DNA of 64,000 bases, taken from positions 113,150,001 to 113,214,000 of the forward strand of contig NC_042999.1 in assembly GCF_006345805.1 (NCBI RefSeq), given 5' to 3'. The stretch comes from Octopus sinensis (taxonomy: Eukaryota). Below, piece after piece: positions 52,293 to 64,000 of this stretch (position 1 is the first letter of the stretch; each line of letters starts with the position of its first letter). The position numbers and the translations under genes are program-made. A model generated the notes under the pieces. The model had not been told where the DNA came from. It was given only the letters and a program-made list of their open reading frames with translations, and did no database searches.

Positions 52293-52344
52293 ACCACTTT
52301 ATTTTTACTTGGCACCGCACGGGAGCATGGTTTTAACGGCTGGA

Positions 52345-53120
52345 TGTCTTTCCTCATAGACCATTTCTGAGTAAGGATTGTCACCCTGCTCGTAACCTCG
52401 TTTTGGTTCCTGTCCCACTGGAGGTCCGAGCCGAACCAAACCTCGAGTCGTTTAACCAGCCAGTCTGTCCAACGACCTGACATGCTGTTCAGTGGAATAG
52501 ACTTGCCTCTAGGGGTCCAAGCTACAAGTCCATTGACTCATCCAGATTTATGTTTGACCCTAAAATTGCTTCATATTCCTTTAGAATGGTGGCAACCATC
52601 TTCACTACTATGTTGTCCGCAACATTACGGTGACGTCCGTTCGCATATGCTGACACAGCTTTCCTGTATTCTAGTTCAAAAGGGAGGTCCCACAACATTT
52701 CTAGCTTTCACAGCAGTGGCTCGAGAGCCGGCATATGTAGAGGAGATAAGAGTGGATACCACTGACGGATTGAGAGAACGATATGAAACAGTTCTGAGAG
52801 GTGATAGTTCATTCTGATCACCGACCAAGTGCTGCAATCTAACCTATGAAAACGAGTCCAGAACCGTTCACTTTTAAGATTGCTGCCGAGTAGCATTGAT
52901 CGATTCTATCGGAAGTTTTTGACTAATCCAAATAGATCAGGACCTCTCCAAAGTCAAGTTAGTTTCTTATTCACTCTATGATGTGCTGCATGAGATGGAA
53001 GTTGTGGGTAGATTTATCGAGGATTGCGTATGCTTTTTGGTTAAACTACCGACGAGAAGTGTCGACTTCTTAGATAACACCAAGGCCAAAATCTCAAATT
53101 CTGCATATAGCATGGCTTTA
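52345..53120 (-). pseudogene. Tx1/L1-clade RT fragment
   Basis: AEFEILALVLSK, LIYLD*SKTSDRID, SIRQWYPLLSP..ALEPLL, LEVWFGSDLQWDRN; same family type as 32086-32495. Confidence 0.8.
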
Positions 53121-54354
53121 GGTTATTCTCTTGTTCTGTTGCTAGTTGTTCTAGACGCTTGCCAACATATCGCCAGACAAGTCTGGCTTAAAACTCATAT
53201 GATAAACATTTCAAACGGGGTAATTTATCTCTTGCGTAACCAGTCACGACATCCCATGCCTACGTTGCAGTTATTACCAAGGATGATTCAAAATATTGAA
53301 AAAGATGAATACATACTTATTTAAAGAAACATATTCTCTTAATACATAAACAGCATTTTATAGATTCCGAATAGAAGGACTTTCTATGCAGCCGCTCGAT
53401 CTGCTAGAAACAGCAACCAAATCACTCTCAAATACAGTCAAAAAGAAAAGAGGACAGTACCTACACAAAATACAGACGTAATGCCCTTTGATGATAGGTC
53501 TGCTGGATGATGGGGTACAACAATAACAACAACTACAGCATATTTTTACACCAGAAATTTATCCGAAACGTTGCATTGTATATTTAGTCTCTTTCTATTT
53601 TGTTTTCAATAATTTGGTTATCTTTTTGGATTTTAATTACTTTCTTTTGCTCCATTTTCTCTCATCGATACACTATTGTGTTGTTTTACATTCACAATAC
53701 CACTGCCTTTGGGGGCAGTGCTATACCTTGAAATGTTATATATATATACATACCTGTAAATAACATTTTCGCCTACATCATAATTTATATTCGCTATTTC
53801 TAGGAAAACCTGAATAACAACAACAACAATAATAATGATAATAATAATAACAACAACAACAACAACGACGACGATGATGATGATAATGATGATGATGATG
53901 ATGATGATGATGATTATTATCATCTAAAATAGTTGATAGTGTTATTCAAAACTTCTATTTATTACTATAACACATCAGGTGGGCATAGAAATATTCCATC
54001 AAATGAGAATGTCTAGAAATAATCAATGCACCGCACCAACTGCACTAAACTTCTTCAGATTCAATTTTATTCTAGCTTTTGAAATTGTCGATGTTTCCTT
54101 TAGCCAAGCAGCAGCAAAGGTGCAATCTGGAAAGACGAAGTGACATTAAAAGGACAATGAAATTCGTGTATTTCCGTCTTCGAATTAGATAAGAAAGAAG
54201 AAAGAATTTCAAGCAAGGCAACACTAAAAAGTCCACCAAATCGAAAACATCAAAGTCACTTTCTCATAGGTACATAGTTGAAAGAAAAGTATGTTGTCAT
54301 TTGGTTAAAAATAATTCTACAATAAGTCGACGCATTTCCTTAAACCATCATTTT

Positions 54355-54356
54355 AT

Positions 54357-54412
<56 letters not shown>

Positions 54413-54437
54413 GTTGATGCTGCTGCTGCTGCTGCTG

Positions 54438-54481
<44 letters not shown>

Positions 54482-54503
54482 GCTGTTGATGCTGCTGCTG
54501 CTG

Positions 54504-54538
<35 letters not shown>

Positions 54539-54582
54539 GCTGTTGATGCTGCTGCTGCTGCTACTACTACTACTACTACTAG
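54355..54582. repeat. Compound (CTA)n/(CTG)n tract with a repeated CTGTTGATG interruption
   Basis: CTGTTGATGC at 54411, 54483 and 54540. Confidence 0.9.
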
Positions 54583-54896
54583 TTGTTTGCATATATATAT
54601 ATATATATATATATAGGTGCACAGCTACATATTTTGTGTAGGAAATAGTCGATTGTATGAACCTTGTATGAACCTTAGTACTTGATTTGAACGTAAATAA
54701 AGGTACCTAATACCATAATATGCATTGTGGCCGATATTTATTTTTTGTTTACTTTTATATTTTTTATTTTTCCTTTTTCATTTTGTCTTTCTTCCCCCTT
54801 TTCTTTGTCAAATGGCTTTGTAAATGAACAATCTTTTATTAAATATTAACGAAAATAATAATAATAACAATAATAATAATAATAATAATAATAATG

Positions 54897-54950
<54 letters not shown>

Positions 54951-54951
54951 T

Positions 54952-56712
54952 AAACACTGAGATAGTAAAACACGAAGACAGACGTAACATTTCCAACAAA
55001 AACGAAGCAAACAAAAAACAACAAACCCAGACCGTAGGGGTGTATAATAATTACAAAAAGCACCAATCCAGAACACCACATACAAACATATGAATGAGAA
55101 AGAAACAACGAAGGGGAACTTAACAATTACGATACTATAAAAATGAGAATAATCAAAGAACTGAAAACCACAGATCTCAGAATGGACCACCGACCATATC
55201 TCCCAAAAATCAAAATAGACAATAAAACAACATCAATAATAAATAACATAAACCTGGCGTCACGGAACTAATAGCTACAGAAACAAATGGCAATATCACT
55301 GAGCTAAATGACATAATATATGCAGCAGCCACTGGAGCCACAAAAGAAGCTGGCTACTCCCTCAAACCCATCCAAACAGGAGTAACGCCACCCAAACAAA
55401 CCCCGTGGATAAATAATATCCCAAAAAAAAAACAAACCCCGTGGATAAATAATATCCACCAAAAAAAAAAAAAAAAGAAAAAGAGAAAAGATTTGTTAAT
55501 TCTTAACGAAATTAGTAGAGAATCAAAACTACTAAGTAACAAGAAGAAAACAAAAATACTGTGCAAATACATTACAGAAACAGATTTACCCGAGGTAAAA
55601 GAAAAGCAAAAGCAAGATATCCTTGCCAAAACACAAAGGATCCTCCGGTATGAGAAACGCCAACGTTTCTTTGAATAAAACAAACAGTTCAACTCCACTC
55701 CGCCCCCCCAATTCTACCAAGAACTTGGAAAAAATAAAATAGACATCACTGCAGCACTAACAGCAGAAGAAGTGGAAGAATTTTGGAAAGAAATATGGTC
55801 GGTGAAATAACAGCCTCAGAAAAGGACTATTAAAACAACGAACTTAGCACCTGAGCAACTCTGGATCCCTATAACAACTGAAGAGGTCACCCAAGTACTG
55901 CAAAGACTAAGCAACTGGAAGACACCTGGGCATGACAAGATCCCCAACTTCTGGTTAAAATATCTGACACGAATACACAGAAAGCTGGCTGAAAACTTTA
56001 ACGACATACTAGCAGAGCCAGAGACAATGCCTGAATGGCTCACGAAAGGGAAAACTATTTTAATTCCCAAATCGAATGAAACGGCAAAACCACAAAACTA
56101 CAGACCTATAACCTGTTTCCCTACAATGTACAAAGCCTTTACTGCAGTAATATCGCAAAGATTGAGCAAGCATCTGAAAGAAAACAACCTGTTTCCAGAA
56201 GAGCAGAAGGGATGCTGTAAGGGCTCATATGGCTGTAAAGATCAACTAATGATCAATAAAGCCATACCTGAAGACAGCCGCAGAAAGAAGAAAGGCCTCA
56301 GTATGGCAAGGATCGACTACCGAAAAGCTTTTGATAGTATTCCTCACACATAGATCCTCGAAACACTAGCCTTTAACAAGGTAGCACCAATAATTATAAA
56401 ATACATAAGACACTCTATGAATAAATGGCAGACAGTGCTACAGCTCCAAACAAAAGATGGATTCATGAAAACCAAAGTTATCCCCATTAGAATAGGAATA
56501 TTCCAGTGAGACACGCTCTTTCCACTCCTTTCCTGCTTGGCACTGACACTTCTATCTGATATGCTAAATAGAACTGGATGCGGATACAAATGCTACGGCA
56601 AAACAATCAGCCACCTTTTATATATGGATGACCTAAACCTATACGCTACAAATGATAAACAGCTGGAAACACTACTACAGACAGTACATGGATTTACCAA
56701 AGAAATAGAAAT
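54952..56712 (+). mobile_element. R4/Dong-clade LINE, 5' and RT part, starting in (AAT)n
   Basis: (AAT)n 54855-54951; NWKTPGHDKIPNFWLK, YRPITC, GCKDQL, IDYRKAFDSIPH, GIFQ*D, HLLYMDD; ends abruptly. Confidence 0.92.
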
Positions 56713-56849
56713 CATCTTCCTTTTCGATTGCTCCATAAAGGGGGAAGAATACCTTTGTCCTCATACCATTAAAACTTGTTTACTACATAACCTCTTTCGC
56801 TATAGCCACCAAGACAATAGGAAACACTCTCCCCTGTCGGCGAAAGGAG

Positions 56850-57050
56850 GGTTGCGGTCATTACTGATTACCGGATCCGTCCTATACGCTGTTTGGCATA
56901 GTTCCACGAACTAGCAGTGCCCGGACACAGAATGATTATGCAGGAGAATTGCATCGCTCTGCGTGTATCTTCAACAAGCTACTATGATAGTACTTCTCTG
57001 CCTTTAGAATCAGTAGCATTCTTAGACTAAGGATTTTTGGAAATTATCCA
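56850..57050 (-). pseudogene. Possible RNase H fragment from another LINE
   Basis: Frameshifted HSVSGHC / VRG resembles WVPGHCGVRGNE; weak. Confidence 0.3.
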
Positions 57051-57444
57051 TTGAAGTCCTTGATCCGAAATTAATGATCGGGACGTCCCCAGAAAGCTTC
57101 TAAACGTCTGAAGAATTTTGGACACTCTGCCACTGTGGATTTTTGTGGTTTTAGACTAAAGACATAATGGCTACGGAATATTTAAAAAACATATCTGTAT
57201 GATTGTGCTAAGTTGAATTGAAAACCTATTCGGGATGTTTTCGACAGTAGTTCATCGAAAATTTCCTTTTTGTGAGAATCTTTTTGCTTTTTATGACCTT
57301 CATATCATTGTTGCTCTTTCGAGTAATTGTGGTGTTTATGAGGAGTTGGATTTTGTACTTAGGTATATGTTTAGGTGTTCTTGTTCTTCTTGCATTTGTT
57401 TTTGTTTTAGTGCTTTTTTTGTAGTTATGGTTATATTTTTTATT

Positions 57445-58908
57445 ATTGGTAATGCTGCAATAACACCTAAATCCACCATGTTAAACCAGACTAGGCCTGG
57501 ATGAAAATGCTATGAAAGAACAATTAACCATCTTCTGTATGCGGATGACATGAAGCTGCCCAGTAGATGATAAACAACTAGAAATACAAATACTGTTACA
57601 GTCAGTGCACAGATTTACTTGAGAAAATTGATGTGAGATTTGGATTAGAAAAATGTGCTAAGGCAACCTTGAAAAGAAGAAAATTAATTAAAAACATTGA
57701 TATGTTAACTAAAGAACTAGAATCAAGAGAATTATACTAAACGCAGACATACAAATACTTAAAGCATAAAACATATAAATGCACATAAGTTTAGGAAAGA
57801 ATATGATAAATACATTAGATTAATACTTAAAAGAATGCTAAATAGAAATAATGATACGGTAACAGTCATCGAAGCTTTTGTTATTTCCAGTAAGTTATAC
57901 ATATAATATTCACAAGTAGACGTCGAATGTGCTCGTAAGACTAGGCAGAAAAACAAGAAAATAATGAATGCATTTAAAATACACTACCCCAGATCCGATG
58001 TACCTAGAATACAGAGAAGTATGATGAGGTAAAAAAATATCTACAGTAGAATTAAAAAATTAATAGTAAACAGTAGAAAAGTAATACAAATAGCTACAAA
58101 ATACGAACGAAACCATAAAGCTGTTATCTTTCTTTAAAGAAGCCAATAAAGAAGAAAAATACCACAAATTAAAAAGTGAGTGAAAAATTGGACAATTGAA
58201 TACCATGCTAAAACGATGATAAGAAGAGCCCCTACATGGCCAATACCATAAAAACAAAGAAACTAGAAAAAAAATAAAAAAGAAAAAGAAAGATTGCAAT
58301 ACTAGTTTGGTTATAAGTGCAGAATTCAAAGCTGAGATTGAAAGATTTTTGATTGCAGCAAAGGATGAAAACCTTGCTAACGGAAACACGAAAAACACGT
58401 AATGAAAAACAGTGAAAAATATAAAGGTTATAAAGAAATAAACAATTGTATTGATTCTAGCAACTCCAGTATTTACTCAGAAAGAATACAAGCATTACAT
58501 AGTTGTGGTTTTCATATACTGTAAGTTATGCTAACATTAAAGTACCAACAGGAAAGAGGTGGACTAGAAAATCGGGGAAAATGGTAAAAAGACTATAAGG
58601 TCCGACATATCATTTCATGCAGATAGAAAAATCAAGGTTAAATGCTGGATAGTGTAATAAATAATCACCAAGAAAGAAGTGGGAAGTGAAAACAGATACT
58701 GTCTTGACAATAATTAAGAAAAGTATGCAGACATCCATAATTTAAGCCTCAAGACTGAAAAATACGCCCATCACACAGAGAACAAATAGTATTGGTCACT
58801 TCTCACATGTTACGTTGAATAAAATACGAAACCGAAGGGGAACAGTGTTACGCTTGACAGCGTAATGAAAGCTCGCAATAAAACTATTGGGAAAATAAAA
58901 TAATAATA
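57445..58908 (+). mobile_element. Older R4/Dong-clade LINE, 3' half
   Basis: INHLLYADDMKL, FGLEKCAK, FKAEIERFLIAAKDENL; ends AAAATAATAATA. Confidence 0.8.
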
Positions 58909-58914
58909 GAATAT

Positions 58915-59110
58915 AGACACAGGGCTTGGCATTTTAGAATTAGGGAACTGTGGATAAAATAGATCTCACCACATGGCTGGTGTTTTATTTCACTGATTTC
59001 GATAGGATGAAAAGCAGGTGATATTAGCATGATTTGAACTGTCAATATAAACATATATAAATAAAAGCCATAAGGTACTTCCTTGCTGCTTCGCTAATTC
59101 TTCCATTCCA
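58915..59110 (-). mobile_element. Highly diverged SINE family A
   Basis: GGATGAAAAGCA...GATTTGAACT...GCTAATTCTTCC colinear with 26521-26745. Confidence 0.55.
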
Positions 59111-61649
59111 CTGTCCTGGCCATAACAATGTAAACAATACTAGACAATAAATTTTTATTTGATCACTGTATCAGCTAGAAGATAGATTTTAGTAGAACTA
59201 TAGTATGGAATTGCTTGCATTAGCATAAGGAAAGATGAGAAAATGTAAGAAAAAATATACATATAGATGGAGAAGTAAGACATCTTCTTAGAGTGAGCTG
59301 TAACAATTAGAGTGTTACTACTTAGAGAAAGCTGTGGCAATTAGCGATTATTTCTCAATAAAGAAGCTGATTTCAAGTTGCCTGCATCCACAACGTAGCT
59401 TGTACATAATCTAATTTGGTGAGCTATGAAAACAAACGAAGAATTGTATAGAGATCTCTGATTTGAAGCACGTTCAGGAAATAATTTAATATCATTAATG
59501 TATGAAGTTTAGAATGAGCTGTGGTATTCCACTAACTTTCGCCATGAATTACATCTCCGATAGAAGGAATGATTTGAGGAAAATACTAAGGGATGACTGC
59601 GGCATGAAAAATAAACAGCCAAGCGGAGGTTAGCATACTTGTTATAGAGAGTTAAGATATTTTTATTAAAATTACCTTAATTAGGCAAATACGTTATTAT
59701 TTAAATAAATGTTTCTAGTGAAAGGCAGTAGAAAAGATAACTTGTAATTTTAACCAATCAAAAATTAATGAAATATAGAATGTAGTGGAGGTGGATTTTT
59801 ATTTTCAGAAGTATTATTTTTAATTTCGAGTAATTTCGAACCAAGAATCTTAACCGCACAGCTCTGCCTGTTCTCAATACAACTATGCCTACACATTGGG
59901 AGTACTCCATCTGCACTCTGTATGGCCATGCCTTCACACTAGTAGCACAATACTCTGTAAATATATAAGAGTGGAAGAAATTAAGAAACACAGAAGAAAA
60001 TAGAGATGAAAAACGATGACAATCTTGAGAATATTTAGATTCTTCAGTAATGACCGGTTAGACTATTAAACAGTATAAACATATTTCATGTATAATCGTT
60101 TGAATAACACAGCAAATGTTTAAATATTACTTTAATTCTACTGCATTAAGATTAACTCAATGCTCAATGCTCAACATTACAAAAAAAAAAGCATAAGATT
60201 TTGTGACAATTGAAAAACTAGAAATAGCAGTGTAACTTCATAAAACAAATTAATGACGCCAAATTTCCAAACAATGGTAGCAATTACGAGCGAAAAGACT
60301 TCCATAATTTACCAGAATTAATTAGCCAAATAAAAATTTACGAACCGTCAAACATTGTCTGCTTAATTGCTTTTAGCAGATGGACACATTAACAATAATT
60401 TTTCAGATATTGAAATGTATTCTTCAAAAATCTCAACGTCATATAAACAATGAAATAAACTCTTTACAATGCATCAACATATTCATAAATTCCAATACAT
60501 AAGATGAAGCTTACGAATATTCATATGCCGTTTTGATGATTCTCTTACAATCTAATTACTACAATACTGAGTAAACAAAAGTAAAATAGAGATAGAAAAT
60601 AAAAACAAATTAAACACAAACAGCTGCGCAAAGACGACAAATTATAATTTAGTTCTGAGGATTATAATTTGATTTTTATTGTAATTAAAACCAATTTTAT
60701 TCTAAATGATAAATTTGAAGTTTATTCTTACAAATTTAATTTTATAGGAATTGATATTCACCAATATTGTCTCACGTTTCTTTTTTCTAAAAAAAGGAAA
60801 ATAATCTGAAGTCAATTTTTCTTTTCATTTTCCTTTCCTTTTTGTGTAGAAGAAAAAAGTTATTAACTGGTTTCGTTAGTAAACGATCTCATAGCTAACT
60901 GCTGAATATATTGGTTTCTTACGTTCGACTCTAAATTTACTGAAAAGGGTAAGATTGTGTGATATTCATGCCGTTATCGCTTGCGACGTATGCAAATGGC
61001 AATTACTACAACCGGGAATGAAGCTGTGAATTTACCTAGAAATCCCATGAATTTAGAGGTCTTAATAGATACATAGGCATTAAATAGATCGGTAGATAGA
61101 TAAATACATATAGATAGAAAGAGGATGAGAGAGAGAGAGGGAGAGAGAGAGAGAGAAAAGAAAGAAAGAAAGTGTGTGTGTACTCCAACATACACAAACA
61201 CACTGAAACATTATCTTGATAACTCGGAGTTATCAAGCTTAAATTTATCAAAAAAACAAACAAAAAAAAAACTAAAGCTACAGTGATAAACTTGTACTAT
61301 TTACTTTCAAATCAATATAAGTGGATTCGGAGATACTTGCCTCACTAGTATGATGAAAGCGAGTAAACATAAAAAGACACTGAACTTAAACCGTTAACCT
61401 TTATTTTCTTCCCTTCCGCTGGTTTCATCAAGTGAAAAACCACACAGACTAAGATTAAGAGAGATAAAAGTAAATAAAATTGATAACTTTTTCGGATGCT
61501 GTGTTTACGTACCATTTTAGAAATTAAGATTTTTTGCTCAACAAAATTAGCGAAGGAAAATAAATTTTACTTGTGCTCTAATGGAACTCACTCTCTTTTA
61601 TCTAGTTTAGTTCAACTGGCCCTACACTTGCTCTTATTGTGTAACTTTC

Positions 61650-62190
61650 TTCATAATCCACTTTTATAACTTTTGTCTATCATCTGACCACACTCTCGTT
61701 TTGATTAACTGCCGACTATTCGAGAGTCGAACTATACTTCCTGCTTTTCATTTCTTCTATATCTTTGTCACTCACATTATCCATTCACTTTCTTCCGTCG
61801 TGTCTTTCTGTAGCTTCTTCTCGTCTGTTGTTTTCAACTAAATTGCTGTCTGATTAACGTGGCCCCAGAAACCTTAGTGTCTACTTCATTGCATGATATA
61901 CACTTCCTCTGCTCTGATTCTAATCCAATCAATACTGACATACACAACCACTAGCCTAGTACAAATCCTAGTATCTTGTTTTCCATGTATTCTATTTCTC
62001 CACTAATGTTTCAGCTTCTCTTTTTGCGACAACCTGACATACTTCATATCTTTATTTCTTCGAAACAACAATAACAGCATGAATTTTATCATATATTCTC
62101 TTGTTTGTACCATTTAAGTTCCTCACATAACCAAGCAACTATTCGAACTCAAACTCTCAAATAATACCTGATACGGAAATCACCATGCGA
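61650..62190 (-). pseudogene. Possible very old RTE-like LINE 3' remnant
   Basis: LRFLG...GRK*MDNV resembles the RTE C-terminal LRWFGH...GRP..W.D motif; weak. Confidence 0.3.
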
Positions 62191-64000
62191 TTATAATATG
62201 ACATTTAAAACGAGCTGGAATTGTTTTCTATTGCAAAGAAACTGCTTTAATTTGAAGAAAGAAAATTCTAATAATTGCAGTAAATTGAATTCCACCACGT
62301 ATTTTTCATTAATTGTATTTATTAATTTATTTATTTTGTTTTTTTTTAGAAACAAATTGCATATAAAATAATAAACACAAACGGACGCAAAACACAACTT
62401 TATTTTACTTGCTCAAATTAAATCATTTTAATTAATTTGTTTCCTGTAAAAGAAATCAAGTTTATTAAGTATGTCTATGGATTCATTTTATTCAGGTATT
62501 CTTTGGATATTTTTCATTTAAAAGCGCAAAGATGTGTTGCTAAAAATTGAAGTAAACTGTAGACCTCAGAAATTTACTCCACTTCTCAAAATAAATATCA
62601 TAGATATCCGCCTACATTTAATAATGGTTTCGAATTTTGGCACAAAGCCAGGCGCCTACCATTAACAATAAATAGAATTATGCTGCAAATTGAAATTTTA
62701 CTGCGTTTCACGATCAGTCATTATTAAAAAAAATATTATCTCAGAGAAGCATATATAAATGACTCCCGATTTCCTGTTTGATTCGCTCTAAAAACATATT
62801 GCCTATCTAATTCTCATTAAATATCTTCATTCAGCTCTTTTTTTTTGTTCCCCAATATGAAAATCATCATTCACTTGTACAAGAGTACATACAAATGCGG
62901 CAACATATATTCTATTTGAATCTGACCAACTTAATCAGGTGAAATTTCTCTCACTGACTTCTTTTAAACATGTTTTAATTACTCATCACCATGATATCTA
63001 TCACTATTTCTTGTCCTCAAAAATTTAGATTTAATATACAGATTGTATATACGGCCTACTTTTATCGCTACGGCTCAATTTTTACATACCAAATAACGCA
63101 TTTTAAAAACATATCTATTCCCATTAGATAGATTTTAATTCCTTTAACTCTCTTCTCTCCGATGCTTTTAGTGAGTTTCTTGTAAGCTTTTCACAGTTCC
63201 CGTTACCCGCATTTATTGTAGCTTGTGACAAATGTTTTCTCTATAACCTTCATTTTTATTTAAGTTTTAAGTTTTATTCCTAAAACGATTCAAAATTATT
63301 ATTTTGAAAGCGCATCGAAGACTTTTCACGGTCTCCATCAAGTTTCCCAATATATTTTCCAAGTTGAGATTTGTTTTTATTTCCATTCGTTCATATCTTC
63401 AGTTGCACACTTTCTGTTTGTTTTCCTATTACCTCACCAAAACGTTGACAAACAAAAAATCTTAAATTAACGTTTAAAAAATTTAAAGTTAGATGAATTA
63501 GTTTTCCGTTTACTTTTTGCTGTATTTTACTGGTGTCTGTTCCGGTAACATTTCGCAAGACTTTCTCAAATGACAGCGCATACATACATACATACATACA
63601 TACATACATACATACATACATACATACATACATACATACATACAAACATACATACATACATACATACATACATACATACATACATACATACATACATACA
63701 TACATACATGCATACAATCATACATACATACTTACATACACTGCCTAAATACCAATCTTAAGAAATTAGGCTTCTCAAAACCTGAAAGGAGAAAGCTGAT
63801 TCGAAGACTACAGGTCCATGCCACCACTAGAACTGTAAAAATTTGTAAAACTTTCCAGAAGTTTATCATTTAAGTATATATGAGCATGTCTAGATATGCA
63901 AGTATATGCATGAGATGACATATATAAAACAAAATATACAAATCCGCACACATACATACATACATACATACATACATACATACATACATACATACATAAT

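Noticed and set aside
60900-61060. Regulatory element (ATGCAAAT octamer) in unique sequence
   Set aside because: A single short motif is expected by chance in 64 kb of AT-rich DNA.

Overview
AT-rich, microsatellite-dense animal DNA, intergenic or intronic; no host protein-coding gene could be supported. The SINE set and repeat composition suggest a cephalopod, probably Octopus (inference). The window is a mosaic of transposon relics: several tRNA-derived SINE families, three R4/Dong-type RLE LINE pieces, two Tx1/L1 RT fragments, an RTE 3' end, four mariner relics (one fold-back), two decayed hAT transposases (one interrupted by a mariner) and Penelope-like (PLE) RT/GIY-YIG fragments. The main unexplained structure is eight mutually dissimilar elements carrying 11 minimal type I hammerhead ribozyme (HHR) motifs. 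Most abut (TA)n and are built as inverted or tandem 3'-end copies with 3' ends facing outward. One is a 560-bp unit present as a 1.5-mer plus a circularly permuted inverted monomer. One HHR has a G3:C8-swapped core. Nearly all ORFs in the supplied track are microsatellite or repeat artefacts. All assignments are by eye, without database searches.
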